DNA of 64,000 nucleotides from Alphaproteobacteria bacterium (GTDB lineage Bacteria; Pseudomonadota; Alphaproteobacteria; CAAHEQ01; UBA3637): NCBI GenBank assembly GCA_017559525.1, contig JAFYRI010000012.1, positions 15,164 to 79,163 of the forward strand, read 5' to 3'. Shown piece by piece: positions 45,888 to 56,329 of this stretch (position 1 is its first letter; each line of letters starts with the position of its first letter). The notes under the pieces were generated by a model. It saw only the letters and a program-made list of their open reading frames with translations, ran no database searches and was not told where the DNA came from. The position numbers and the translations under genes were made by a program.

Positions 45888-46757
45888 ATGACAAAAGAAT
45901 TAATTATTGCAGCAGGATGCTTTTGGGGTATACAACACGCATTTGAAACGGAAACAGGTGTGGTTGCAACCGAGGTTGGATACACAGGTGGACATACTGA
46001 AAATCCAACCTATGATAAGGTTTGTACTGGAAAGACAGGACATGCCGAAGCAGTGCGTATTATTTATGATTCTTCACAAACAAATGATGAAACATTACTA
46101 AAAATGTTTTTCAAAATCCATAACCCTACCTCTTTGAATAAACAAGGTCACGATGTAGGTAATCAATATCGTTCTGCAATATTTTATTTGACGTCAGAAC
46201 AAAAAGAAACGGCCGAACGGCTCATTGTTGATTTAAATGCTTCGGGTAAATATTTACATCCAATTGTGACAAAGATTGAAGCTGCGAGCATTTTTTATCC
46301 CGCTGAAGAATATCATCAGGATTATTTGGCTAAACGAGGATTGAAAATTCATTATTTAAGTAAAACAGATGAAGATTGGCAAGAAACGTTGTCATCGGAT
46401 CAATATGCTATTTTACGTCAAAAGGGGACACAAAAACCTTTTATCGGAAAATACTTATATTTTTTTGAAGATGGTATTTATCGATGTGCCGCTTGTGGTA
46501 ATAAATTGTTTGATAGTCGGCGTAAATTTGCCAGCTCTTGTGGATGGCCATCGTTTGATACCGCTTTGCCTGGTAGTGTCCAAATTCACAAAGATTTTTC
46601 TCATTTTATGATTCGGGATGAAGTTATTTGTTCTCGATGTGGTTCGCATTTAGGGCATATTTTTTCCGATGGTCCCACCAAAACAGGAGATAGATACTGT
46701 ATTAATTCAATTGCGCTTGATTTTGATAAAAATCAATTTGTTGATGCAAAAGATTAA
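45888..46757 (+). CDS. msrAB: bifunctional peptide methionine sulfoxide reductase MsrA/MsrB
   Basis: MsrA active site AGCFWG at the N-terminus. MsrB motifs CGWPSF and RYCINS at the C-terminus. Start set at MTKELII. Confidence 0.85.
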   Translation: MTKELIIAAGCFWGIQHAFETETGVVATEVGYTGGHTENPTYDKVCTGKTGHAEAVRIIYDSSQTNDETLLKMFFKIHNPTSLNKQGHDVGNQYRSAIFYLTSEQKETAERLIVDLNASGKYLHPIVTKIEAASIFYPAEEYHQDYLAKRGLKIHYLSKTDEDWQETLSSDQYAILRQKGTQKPFIGKYLYFFEDGIYRCAACGNKLFDSRRKFASSCGWPSFDTALPGSVQIHKDFSHFMIRDEVICSRCGSHLGHIFSDGPTKTGDRYCINSIALDFDKNQFVDAKD

Positions 46758-46832
46758 AGTTGTACTTTATATAAAAAATTACTTGAAAATGTTATCGTTA
46801 TATGATACTCCTTCTTAATGAAGGAGGGTATT

Positions 46833-47381
46833 ATGCAAGAAAACTTTACGCTGAAAAATGGGAAAACAGTTTTGATACGGGATATTGTTCCGGATGATTA
46901 TTTGGCGATGCAAACTTACTTGCAAACGTTGGCTACTGAAACGATTTTTACGAATCAATATGTGGGGAAGAAACCTCGTTCAAAAGAGGCTTTTGATAAA
47001 CAATGTGATAATCCTTATTCATGGAGTGTGGGCGTATTTGATAGAGATAAAATAGTTGGCGCTTGTCAATGTTTTGTTTATCATCCCGAACATCTGTGGT
47101 GTGGTTATACGGCCCAATTCGGTGTGCATATGTTAGAGGAAGTACAATCTGGTGGTCTTGGCAAACATTTAATGAATTTGATGGAACAATGGTGTGTAAG
47201 CCATGGTATGGAACGCATTGAAGGGGCTGTGAGAACTCAAAATCATAAAGCCATTTCTTTATACTTGAAATGTGGATATGAAATTGAAGGGTTATCTAAA
47301 CGCAAAGCCCTTATTGATGGTGTATGGCACGATGAATATCGTATTGCGAAATTATTGAATAATGTCGTTATTTCAAATTAA
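46833..47381 (+). CDS. GNAT family N-acetyltransferase
   Basis: RBS GAAGGAGGG. Acetyl-CoA binding region VQSGGLGKHLMNLMEQWC. Confidence 0.65.
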   Translation: MQENFTLKNGKTVLIRDIVPDDYLAMQTYLQTLATETIFTNQYVGKKPRSKEAFDKQCDNPYSWSVGVFDRDKIVGACQCFVYHPEHLWCGYTAQFGVHMLEEVQSGGLGKHLMNLMEQWCVSHGMERIEGAVRTQNHKAISLYLKCGYEIEGLSKRKALIDGVWHDEYRIAKLLNNVVISN

Positions 47382-47395
47382 ATTACTTTTATAAA

Positions 47396-47424
47396 AAGGA
47401 GAGGGCCTTCCTCTCCTTTATTTT
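47396..47424. terminator. bidirectional terminator
   Basis: GGAGAGG-GCCTT-CCTCTCC hairpin flanked by an A-run and a T-run between convergent genes. Confidence 0.5.
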
Positions 47425-47437
47425 AATTATAGATTGC

Positions 47438-48919
47438 CTACAAAGAAATGATTCCTCTGGCAAAGGCGTAAATGGCACATAATGCAATTGCAACAATGCC
47501 ATAGGCCAGCACTTTTTCACCACAGCTAAAAGCACGTTCGTTTGGTGTATTTTCGCTTTTTGCCCATAGGTAAATCGGAATTCCCGCTGCAATAAAGACA
47601 ACAGCCATTAACAGGTAATTTAACCCAGCAGCATAAATTAACCATACGGCATAAATGGCTCCAAGTAAACCTGTCAATAAGGCGCTTGAGCGTTTTGTCA
47701 GGATACCTGTCGGATATTCTCCATCTTCGCATAATTTCCATAAATAAGCACAAGAGGTTAAATAAGCCGGTAATACCATTACACCCGTAATGGATAACAT
47801 GGTATTCCAAGCATTATTGGAAAAGTACACTAATAACATAGCCGCTTGCATCAATGAACTGGTAATCCATAAGGAATTACTTGGGGCTTCATTTTCATTT
47901 TCTTTGACGAACAATTTCGGGAAAGTACCATTCTCAGCCATAGCATAAGGAATTTCGGCAACAATCATTGTCCAAGATAGCCAGCTGGCTAAAATAGCAA
48001 TTAACAAACCAATGTTCATTAACCATGCGCCCCAAGGACCAATGATATCTTGTAAAACACCGGCTGTGGATGGATTGGCAATACCGGCCAGTTCATGTTG
48101 ACTCATGTATCCAAAAGGTAAAACGGACAGCAACACATAAATGGCTAAACATCCAAAGAATCCCATAACGGTGGCTTTACCAACATCGCTTGGTTGTTTG
48201 GCGCGTCCCGATAATACAACAGCGCCTTCAATACCAATAAAGGCCCATAAGGTGACTAACATTGTACTTTTGATTTGACTGTCTAAGGCACCTAATCCTT
48301 TATGCCCCATAATAGATTCACCCCAAAAATCAAAGTCAAATTTATCAATATTAAAGACAAATGCTGTGATAATGATGAACAATACCAATGGTGCCAATTT
48401 TGCAATGGTAGCGATTAAGTTGATGATAGCGGCTTGTTTAACACCGCGCAGTACTAACCAATTAAATCCCCAAATTAAAATAGACCCCCCTATAATGGAA
48501 TTGAGGTTATTACCCCCTGTAAACATATGTGGGAAGAAATAATTGAGCGCATCCATTGTAATAACAGCATATCCGACATTACCGAAGATTTGGCACAGCC
48601 AATAACTCCATCCGATATTAAATCCCATATATGAACCGAAACCTTCACGGGCATACATATAAATACCGCTGGTCAGATTTGGTTTGGCATCGGCTAAAAT
48701 ACGGAATGTGTTGGCAATAAAAAACATACCAATACCGGTAATAATCCATGCTAAAATAACGGCACCGACAGAAGCGCTTTGTGCCATATTTTGAGGAAGC
48801 GAAAAAATGCCACCACCAATCATTGAGCTGACAACAATGGCCGCTAATCCTAAAACGCCCAGCTTGCCGACTTTTTGAGTGGGTGTCTGTGCGGTGCTTT
48901 TTGCTTTATATTTTGTCAT
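47438..48919 (-). CDS. APC-family amino acid permease, AaxC-like arginine:agmatine antiporter
   Basis: 12-TM APC permease (GGGIFSLP...). Directly downstream of the pyruvoyl arginine decarboxylase gene on the same strand. Confidence 0.7.
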   Translation of the reverse strand: MTKYKAKSTAQTPTQKVGKLGVLGLAAIVVSSMIGGGIFSLPQNMAQSASVGAVILAWIITGIGMFFIANTFRILADAKPNLTSGIYMYAREGFGSYMGFNIGWSYWLCQIFGNVGYAVITMDALNYFFPHMFTGGNNLNSIIGGSILIWGFNWLVLRGVKQAAIINLIATIAKLAPLVLFIIITAFVFNIDKFDFDFWGESIMGHKGLGALDSQIKSTMLVTLWAFIGIEGAVVLSGRAKQPSDVGKATVMGFFGCLAIYVLLSVLPFGYMSQHELAGIANPSTAGVLQDIIGPWGAWLMNIGLLIAILASWLSWTMIVAEIPYAMAENGTFPKLFVKENENEAPSNSLWITSSLMQAAMLLVYFSNNAWNTMLSITGVMVLPAYLTSCAYLWKLCEDGEYPTGILTKRSSALLTGLLGAIYAVWLIYAAGLNYLLMAVVFIAAGIPIYLWAKSENTPNERAFSCGEKVLAYGIVAIALCAIYAFARGIISL

Positions 48920-48972
48920 TTGTTAAATCCTTTTTTTGCAAAAAGGCAAAAGAGGGGATTTTGCCCTTATCA

Positions 48973-49557
48973 TTATTTTTTGAGTTCTACAACCGGTGCG
49001 AATTCAAAATTCAAAAAGCCTAAAGCCGTTAATGAATAACCGAATTCTTGTTCAATATTGACATAGTTATGGAAAAATTGAAAATCGGAATGCTGTTCTA
49101 CGCTACGTAAATCCAATTCATGTTGTAATGATTTTTTTAACCACATTTCAGCATGTGTGCGTGCAATGTCATCATCAATATATGTATCAAAATATTCTAC
49201 ATATTCGGCGGCCCATCCACCGATAAATTTTCCATTTTTCTTTCCCCATGCAATACCGACACCGGTGGCAATAGCTTTATGTTCATCACGTCTGGCACCA
49301 TTGCCGGCCATAATGACTTCCAGTACAGCCCCGTGTTTGAATGTATGAACCACGTCATCTACTGGTACAATGTTGTTAAATAATTCAGGTGGTAAAACAG
49401 ACGTGTAAGGTACGACATTAAAGTCTTGTATTTTGGCTTCTGTCAAAGCACTGTCATAACAAAATGTTTCAAATGGTTGGGGCGGAATACCGTCGTTGGC
49501 TTGACCGGCTCCACCTGTGTGGAATGCTAAAGTTGGATATCTGGTTCCTAATTGCAT
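48973..49557 (-). CDS. pyruvoyl-dependent arginine decarboxylase (AaxB/PdaD family)
   Basis: 194 aa. [12 protein letters not shown]...[13 protein letters not shown]...VPYTS (Thr52-Ser53 self-cleavage site) ...GGWAAEYVE...[13 protein letters not shown] closely match chlamydial AaxB. Confidence 0.75.
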   Translation of the reverse strand: MQLGTRYPTLAFHTGGAGQANDGIPPQPFETFCYDSALTEAKIQDFNVVPYTSVLPPELFNNIVPVDDVVHTFKHGAVLEVIMAGNGARRDEHKAIATGVGIAWGKKNGKFIGGWAAEYVEYFDTYIDDDIARTHAEMWLKKSLQHELDLRSVEQHSDFQFFHNYVNIEQEFGYSLTALGFLNFEFAPVVELKK

Positions 49558-49706
49558 AATTTTTCTCCCTTGTTAAAAATCATAGCACGATTGCTACTTA
49601 TGTTGAAAATAGGTGTTTAAAGAATGCTTGACAATGACGCCATAAGTATAACTTTCATTTGACAAAAACGCTTGAAATGTATATTCTGTCAAAAAAAGGA
49701 GAAAAT

Positions 49707-50540
49707 ATGCTAACAGTCGGTTGTCATTTGTCGGCGTCTAAAGGTTATTTGGATATGGGACGCCAAGCGAAAAAAATAGGGGCGAATACATTTCAATTTT
49801 TTACCCGTAATCCTCGTGGTGGTTCTGCTAAAGAAATTAACCCAAAGGATGTATCGAATTTTTTAACATTTGCCGGGGAAAATAATATCGGTAACTTATT
49901 GGCTCATGCACCTTATACCTTAAATGCGTGTAGCGGGGATGCAAAAACACGAGAGTTTGCCCAAATGGTTATGGCTGATGATTTACGGCGTATGGAATAT
50001 ACACCGAACAGTTTATATAATTTTCACCCTGGTTCTCATGTCGGACAGGGTGTGGAAAAGGGGATTCAAATGATATCCGATTTATTGAATGGTATTATGA
50101 TACCCTCCCAAACAACAATAGTTTTGTTGGAAACGATGTCAGGTAAAGGTTCTGAAGTAGGCAGTCGTTTTGAAGAACTAGCCGAAATTATTGCACGCAC
50201 GAAATTGTCCGATAAAATGGGGGTTTGTTTAGATACATGCCATGTGTATGATGCCGGATATGATATCGTTGGTGATTTGGATGGTGTCTTGACTGAATTT
50301 GATAAAATTATCGGTCTTGACCGTTTAAAAGCCATTCATATTAATGACAGTAAAAATCCCTATGCATCCCATAAAGACCGTCATGAAAAATTAGGTGAGG
50401 GCAGTTTGGGGAGTGATTTTTTTGAACGTTTAATTAACCATGAAAAATTGCGGCATTTACCTTTTTATTTGGAAACACCGAATGAATTAGATGGATATGC
50501 TGCAGAAATTTCTTGGTTAAAATCGGTTTATCGGGGGTAA
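49707..50540 (+). CDS. nfo: endonuclease IV (AP endonuclease)
   Basis: NFHPGSH, CLDTCH, HINDSK and LGEG metal-binding motifs. Start at MLTVGCHLS after AAAGGAG. Confidence 0.85.
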   Translation: MLTVGCHLSASKGYLDMGRQAKKIGANTFQFFTRNPRGGSAKEINPKDVSNFLTFAGENNIGNLLAHAPYTLNACSGDAKTREFAQMVMADDLRRMEYTPNSLYNFHPGSHVGQGVEKGIQMISDLLNGIMIPSQTTIVLLETMSGKGSEVGSRFEELAEIIARTKLSDKMGVCLDTCHVYDAGYDIVGDLDGVLTEFDKIIGLDRLKAIHINDSKNPYASHKDRHEKLGEGSLGSDFFERLINHEKLRHLPFYLETPNELDGYAAEISWLKSVYRG

Positions 50541-50541
50541 T

Positions 50542-51618
50542 ATGACACCGGAAGAAATTAAACAAACGGCTGGTTTTTTGCTAAATAAAATTGAAGAAAA
50601 GGCATCTTCGGCCAATGAAATCATTAATCGTTATACGGAATCTCATCGTTATATTGTGGGTGATGACAGACGTGATTTATTAGAATTGGTATGGAAAGCA
50701 TTGCGTAATTATGCTAAGTTAACATACCTGTATCCCGATAAAACATGGGAAGAACGATTGGATTGCTTGACTGATTTATCTGTGCCGGATGATGCGCCCG
50801 ATTGGGTCAAATGGGAAGCGCCAGAGTGGATTGTATCCCATGTACCGGATGCCGATAAAGAATTACCGGCACAAAATGGTATGGCGCCGATTTGTCTGAG
50901 AGCTTATGGTAATCGGGATAAGGTATTAGAAGATTTAAAAAACGAAGGTTTACCCGTTCGTCCGGCAGATCAATCTCCTTTTGGTATTATTTTGGAAAAA
51001 CACGCTAATTTGTCGGCAACAAAAGCGTATAAAAAAGGTCTTGTGGAAGTGCAAGATGAAGGTGCTCAATTGGTATCAATGGCAATTGGTGTTAAACCAA
51101 AAGATGATGTTTTTGATTTTTGTGCCGGTGCTGGTGGTAAGTCTCTTATCTTGGCTCAATTGATGAAAAATCGTGGTTTTATCCAAGCTTATGATGCGTC
51201 GCCGAAGCGTTTGACAGAATTGGTTAAACGGGCTAGACGAGCCAATATCTCTATTGTGAAAACGGTGCCAAGATTGCCTGAGGCTCACAAAAAATTTGAT
51301 CACGTTGTGGTGGATGCTCCATGCTCTGGAACGGGAACATGGCGTCGTAATCCGGATATGAAATGGAAATTAACGCCAAGACAGTTGGAACAACTGACAA
51401 AAAAACAAGCCGAAATTCTCCATACTGCCGAAGAGTATGTTAAGCCAGGGCATTATTTAACATATATTACATGCTCAATTACATTGGATGAAAATGAACG
51501 GCAAGTAGAAAACTTTTTGGCTCATCATCCACGATATCATGTGATACACCAAGAACGATATTCGCCATGGCGTACAAATACAGATGGCTTTTTCTTGTGC
51601 ATTATGCAGAAGTCTTAA
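50542..51618 (+). CDS. RsmB/RsmF (NOL1/NOP2/Sun) family rRNA m5C methyltransferase
   Basis: SAM motif DFCAGAGGKS. Catalytic DAPCSGTG. Second catalytic Cys at YITCSI. Confidence 0.75.
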   Translation: MTPEEIKQTAGFLLNKIEEKASSANEIINRYTESHRYIVGDDRRDLLELVWKALRNYAKLTYLYPDKTWEERLDCLTDLSVPDDAPDWVKWEAPEWIVSHVPDADKELPAQNGMAPICLRAYGNRDKVLEDLKNEGLPVRPADQSPFGIILEKHANLSATKAYKKGLVEVQDEGAQLVSMAIGVKPKDDVFDFCAGAGGKSLILAQLMKNRGFIQAYDASPKRLTELVKRARRANISIVKTVPRLPEAHKKFDHVVVDAPCSGTGTWRRNPDMKWKLTPRQLEQLTKKQAEILHTAEEYVKPGHYLTYITCSITLDENERQVENFLAHHPRYHVIHQERYSPWRTNTDGFFLCIMQKS

Positions 51619-51702
51619 AATAAGGCTTGTAAGTTATTTATAAAAGTGTTAGAACATAGAGCATAAAGAAAAAAGAATCTGATTTGTTTACAAAAATAAA
51701 CC

Positions 51703-52029
51703 TTACCCCTCAATTCGCTTTTGAATTTTTGCCATTTTGGTGCGTAGAGCCTCTTCAACATTTACATTAAATGTTTTGGCTAAGATACTGACGGCAATAA
51801 TAACATCAGCAACTTCCAATGCCAATTCATCGGCATTGTGTTCTTTATCCGAACGCTGACGACCAAAGTAATCCAAAACGGCATCGGACAGTTCTCCGAC
51901 TTCTTCCGTTGTTTTTACCATACGCCCATAGGCCATTTCTTTTAAGGACGGTGTTTCACCTGTACTGATAAAATGGTTATGCAACTTTTCGCAAAATTTA
52001 TCTAATTCGGTAAAGGTTAATTTATCCAT
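51703..52029 (-). CDS. MazG-like nucleotide pyrophosphohydrolase (small, single domain)
   Basis: EEVGELSDAV...EELALEVADVI EExxE/D metal-binding helices. Start abuts the argS stop. Confidence 0.6.
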   Translation of the reverse strand: MDKLTFTELDKFCEKLHNHFISTGETPSLKEMAYGRMVKTTEEVGELSDAVLDYFGRQRSDKEHNADELALEVADVIIAVSILAKTFNVNVEEALRTKMAKIQKRIEG

Positions 52030-52038
52030 AAAACCTCC

Positions 52039-53802
52039 TTACATTTTATCAGGTACTTGCAATCCCAATAATGTTGTCATTTTTGTCATTACATGCAAAG
52101 TGTATTTTGTTAGAGCCAATCTGGATTTTTGTGTTTGTTCATCAGCGCCTTTAATCGGACAATCATGATAGAATGTATTGAAATCTTGAGCCAACTTGAA
52201 CAAATAATCACAAATCACATGTGGCATACGGTTATCATAAGCTGTTTGCACCATATCTGGTAATCCATATAGGCGTAACAATAAACTGCGCTCAGCTGGA
52301 TTTGTGATAATGATTTTATCGGCATTTGTGATATTGGCCGCTTCATTCATTTTTTCTAAAATAGATTTCATACGTACCATTGCATACAAAATGTAAGGCC
52401 CTGTTTTGCCTTCCGTACTGGTGAGTTTTTCTTCATCAAAGATGTAGTTTGTTGTTCTATCACTCATTAAATCGGCAAATTTAAGTGCTGATACACCCAC
52501 AATTTTGGAAATAGATTGTTTTTCATCATCGGTTAAATCTTTACCCATTTCACCAGCGTTCATTTTATTTAAGGCGGCTTCAACGGCTGTGTCAATTAAT
52601 GAACGTAATGTCGGAACTCCGCCTGAGCGTGTTTTATATGGTTTGTTATCTGTACCATTAATTGTACCAAAGCCCAAAAATTCCAATTTATCTTTTTGGA
52701 TAAGACCGATTTTGTCGCTGGCAATAAAGACTTGTTCCAATGCCATAGATTGACGGGCATCAATAACGTAAAAAATACGATCAGGATGGAATTCCTCTAC
52801 ACGCTCTTCTACGGTTGCTAAATCGGTAGCACCATAACTAACTGCTCCGTCGGATTTTACAATGATTAAAGGTGGTAAGGCATTGCCGTTTTTTGATTTA
52901 CCCATTGGGATGACATAAGCGCCGTCATCCAATACCAAGTGGCCTGACCCCTTTAATCTATCAACCATTTGAATTAAGCGTTCTTGCACATTGCTTTCAC
53001 CACGCCATAGTTCAAATTCAATACCTAAAATATTATATAATTCCTTGATATCACCAACGGACATGGCAATAAATTGTTTCCAGAGAGCACGGTATCCTGG
53101 ATGACCTTCTTGCAATAGTCGTGTGTTTTCTTTTGCCCGATCGTTAAATTCTTCATCTGTTTTACATTTACCGGAAGCAATCGGATAGATATTTAATAAA
53201 TCTTCAGCGGTAAATGGAGCTTCGGGTGGGTAATCTCCTGTATGATTATCATCAAAGTAGGGGGCATCAGGGAAACGTTCTTGAACTTCGGTAATAATTT
53301 GTCCCATTGGTTTTCCCCAATCGCCTAAGTGTACATCACCGATAACTTCATCTCCAACAAAACGGCAAATGCGTTTAATGGATTCCCCGATAACAGCAGA
53401 ACGCAAATGCCCAACGTGTAATACTTTACCACAGTTTGGGCCACCAAAATCCATAACGATTTTTTGTGGGTTGTCAGTTCGTTCATAACCACATTTGTCA
53501 GCACTTAATACATCATAAGCCATATTTGCCAATGCTTCGTCGGCAATTGTCATATTGATAAAGCCCGGTCCATCAACGGAAACAGTTTTGAAAAATGAAT
53601 CTGCACGCAAATGCTCAGCAATTGTTTCGGCCAAAGATCGTGGATTTTGACGGGCAACCTTTGCCAAAGCCAATGCGCCATTGGATTGATAATCGCTGAT
53701 ATCCGGACGGTCGGACGTTCTGACCAATGTATTTGCATTTTTAAATCCAGCCATTTCAAAAGCTTTTGACACTTTTTGCTTAACAGTATTTTGTAAATTC
53801 AT
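52039..53802 (-). CDS. argS: arginine--tRNA ligase
   Basis: HVGHLRS (HIGH). C-terminal anticodon-binding DALK domain. 587 aa. Confidence 0.9.
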   Translation of the reverse strand: MNLQNTVKQKVSKAFEMAGFKNANTLVRTSDRPDISDYQSNGALALAKVARQNPRSLAETIAEHLRADSFFKTVSVDGPGFINMTIADEALANMAYDVLSADKCGYERTDNPQKIVMDFGGPNCGKVLHVGHLRSAVIGESIKRICRFVGDEVIGDVHLGDWGKPMGQIITEVQERFPDAPYFDDNHTGDYPPEAPFTAEDLLNIYPIASGKCKTDEEFNDRAKENTRLLQEGHPGYRALWKQFIAMSVGDIKELYNILGIEFELWRGESNVQERLIQMVDRLKGSGHLVLDDGAYVIPMGKSKNGNALPPLIIVKSDGAVSYGATDLATVEERVEEFHPDRIFYVIDARQSMALEQVFIASDKIGLIQKDKLEFLGFGTINGTDNKPYKTRSGGVPTLRSLIDTAVEAALNKMNAGEMGKDLTDDEKQSISKIVGVSALKFADLMSDRTTNYIFDEEKLTSTEGKTGPYILYAMVRMKSILEKMNEAANITNADKIIITNPAERSLLLRLYGLPDMVQTAYDNRMPHVICDYLFKLAQDFNTFYHDCPIKGADEQTQKSRLALTKYTLHVMTKMTTLLGLQVPDKM

Positions 53803-53908
53803 TTTTTATCCTTTCTAAAAAAATATGCAGGCATTGTACATAAAATACAAAAAAAATGCAAGCCTTTTATATGGTTATCACATAAAAAGGATAACACACA
53901 TTTTATTC

Positions 53909-53937
53909 TTGACTTTTTTTGGGAAAAACAGTATCTT
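53909..53937 (+). promoter_or_regulatory. putative ffs promoter (TTGACT-17 nt-TATCTT)
   Basis: Positioned 7 nt upstream of the SRP RNA 5' helix. Confidence 0.3.
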
Positions 53938-53943
53938 CATTTA

Positions 53944-54031
53944 TGCAAGAGAGTGGGCGACCGATTTGGTCAGCGGGTCAGGGTCGGAAGACAGCAGCCC
54001 AACCTTTCTCGGACGGGTCATCTCTCTTGCA
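53944..54031 (+). ncRNA. ffs: signal recognition particle RNA (small 4.5S type)
   Basis: Long hairpin whose apical region GGTCAGGGTCGGAAGACAGCAGCC matches the conserved SRP domain IV. 5' TGCAAGAGAG pairs with 3' CTCTCTTGCA. T-run follows. Confidence 0.7.
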
Positions 54032-54073
54032 CTTGCGTTTTTTTAGGTTTTGTGGTGGTAAGGATTTTTTTGA

Positions 54074-55786
54074 ATGGATAACGCGCAATCTCATGTTTTA
54101 GCTAGAAAGTATCGTCCTCAGGTATTTGCCGATTTAATCGGTCAGGAAGCTTTGGTTAAAACAATTACGAATGCGATTGCCACAAACCGTTTGGCTCATG
54201 CTTATATGTTAACGGGTATTCGTGGTGTTGGTAAAACATCCTCGGCTCGTATTATTGCTAAGGGATTAAACTGTATCGGTGAAGATGGACAAGGTGGCAT
54301 GACACCCAATCCATGTGGTAAATGTCGACATTGTTTGGATATTGCCGCCGATTCGCATATTGATGTCATCGAAATTGACGCTGCCAGTAATACAGGTGTT
54401 GATAATGTGCGTGAAATTATTGAGGGGGCAAAGTATAATCCGGTTTCGGCACGTTTTAAAATCTATATCATTGACGAAGTTCATATGTTGTCTAAGCAAG
54501 CGTTTAACGCGTTGTTAAAAACATTGGAAGAACCTCCTGCACGTATTAAATTTATTTTTGCCACGACCGAGATTCGTAAGGTACCTATTACGATTTTATC
54601 TCGTTGTCAACGATTTGATTTGCGTCGTTTGGATGAGGGCTTACTTTCTGAGCATTTGGGTAAAGTAGTCTTATCTGAAGGGGCTAAGGCAGAAGAAGAG
54701 GCTTTGCATTTAATTGCTCGGGCAGGGGATGGTTCTGTTCGTGATTCACTGTCTTTATTGGATCAAGCGATTACACAATTTAATGGTGATATTAAAGCGG
54801 CTGATATTCGTGATATGTTGGGCCTTGCCGACAGAACAGGATTGTTTGATTTATACGAAGCCATTATGGCCGGCCGTGTAGCAGATGCTTTAAATTTATT
54901 GGATAATCAATATAATCAAGGGGCAGATCCATTGGTAATTACGCAAGATATGATGGATTTAACGCACTGGTTGACACGTGTTAAAATTATTCCGGAACTG
55001 GCTAATGATTTGACGGTTCCTGAAACAGAACGTGTGCATGGTAAAAAGATGGCAGAATCTTTGTCTATGGCTAGTTTAACAAGTGTATGGCAAATGCTCT
55101 TAAAAGGGATTTTAGAGGTTAAAGGGGCTGACAATGCCTTAAAAGCTTTAGAAATGTTAGTCGTGCGTTTGGCTTATGCTGCGGATTTGCCAAGTCCAGC
55201 TCAGATGATTGAAGACATAAAAAAAAACTCTAATGTCATAGATGTTCGTCCAGCACCGACTGTATTAGTTGGTAGTGCAGTGCCAATGCCTCAATCGTTT
55301 GCGCAACCACAAATGCCAAGCCCTATGGGATTTCAGGAAACAGCAGCTGCGGTGAATACATCCCTAATTCCTACACTTTCTATTAAATCCATTACGGATA
55401 TAGTAAAATTGGCTCGTGAAAAAAAAGAAATGTTGCTGGCTTTTAATATTGAAAATCATGTACGACCTATTGAAATTTTGGATGGTAAGTTGGTTTGTAG
55501 CTTTACTGATTCTGCTCCGGACAAATTATCATTTGATTTAACGCGTTTTTTAACTGCGCATACTGGCATTAATTGGACTATAGAAACAAAGCTAGAAGGT
55601 GGAGAAAAAACTCAATCAGAGGTCAAAGAAGAAAAGAAAAATCAACAACTTGCTGAGTTGAAGACTCATCCTGTTGTGGGGGCTGTACTTAATGCCTTTA
55701 AGGGGGCTAAAATTGAAAAAATAGTACCGATTAAGAAAATGGATTTTGTTGATGAGGCAGCTGATGATATGGATAATTACGAATAA
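54074..55786 (+). CDS. dnaX: DNA polymerase III subunits gamma/tau
   Basis: Walker A GIRGVGKTSSAR. Zinc module CGKCRHC. DEVHML, SRC motif. Confidence 0.9.
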   Translation: MDNAQSHVLARKYRPQVFADLIGQEALVKTITNAIATNRLAHAYMLTGIRGVGKTSSARIIAKGLNCIGEDGQGGMTPNPCGKCRHCLDIAADSHIDVIEIDAASNTGVDNVREIIEGAKYNPVSARFKIYIIDEVHMLSKQAFNALLKTLEEPPARIKFIFATTEIRKVPITILSRCQRFDLRRLDEGLLSEHLGKVVLSEGAKAEEEALHLIARAGDGSVRDSLSLLDQAITQFNGDIKAADIRDMLGLADRTGLFDLYEAIMAGRVADALNLLDNQYNQGADPLVITQDMMDLTHWLTRVKIIPELANDLTVPETERVHGKKMAESLSMASLTSVWQMLLKGILEVKGADNALKALEMLVVRLAYAADLPSPAQMIEDIKKNSNVIDVRPAPTVLVGSAVPMPQSFAQPQMPSPMGFQETAAAVNTSLIPTLSIKSITDIVKLAREKKEMLLAFNIENHVRPIEILDGKLVCSFTDSAPDKLSFDLTRFLTAHTGINWTIETKLEGGEKTQSEVKEEKKNQQLAELKTHPVVGAVLNAFKGAKIEKIVPIKKMDFVDEAADDMDNYE

Positions 55787-55924
55787 AAATGTTATTATTT
55801 GTAAATAAGTATTGACTCAATTGCTTGAAAGTAAAGAAAAAACAATCAAATTAATAATTAATTGATTGAAAAATAAAAGAGAAGTTATAGAAACTTAGTG
55901 AGGGATGGAAAGATAGGAGAATTT

Positions 55925-56320
55925 TTATTCTTCGATTATTTTTTTTATTTTTTTTATCATCCCAATAAAACCATTGCGTCGTGTAGGCGATAAATGTTCC
56001 GATAATCCTAATTGATGAAAAATATCATCGATATTTATTTTACTAATTTCATCAGATGTTTTTCCATTGACTAATATCCATAAAATGGCTTCTAAACCAC
56101 GTACAATATGGGCATCACTATCCATGTTAAAATAATATTGTCCGTCTTTCATTGTATAACTAATCCAGACTTGAGACATACAACCATCTACTTTATTTAT
56201 TGCTGTTTTTTCGCTGTCAGACATGGGAGGAAGTTGTTCGCCCAGTTCAATCAGATAGCGATATTTATCCTCCCAGTCCGTTAGATATGAAAAATTTTCA
56301 ATTAGTTCTTCTGGTGTCAC
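55925..56320 (-). CDS. sufE: SufE-family cysteine desulfuration protein
   Basis: GTG start with AAGGAA RBS. Conserved DGCMSQVW active-site Cys region. Confidence 0.75.
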   Translation of the reverse strand: MTPEELIENFSYLTDWEDKYRYLIELGEQLPPMSDSEKTAINKVDGCMSQVWISYTMKDGQYYFNMDSDAHIVRGLEAILWILVNGKTSDEISKINIDDIFHQLGLSEHLSPTRRNGFIGMIKKIKKIIEE

Positions 56321-56329
56321 GACTTTTCC

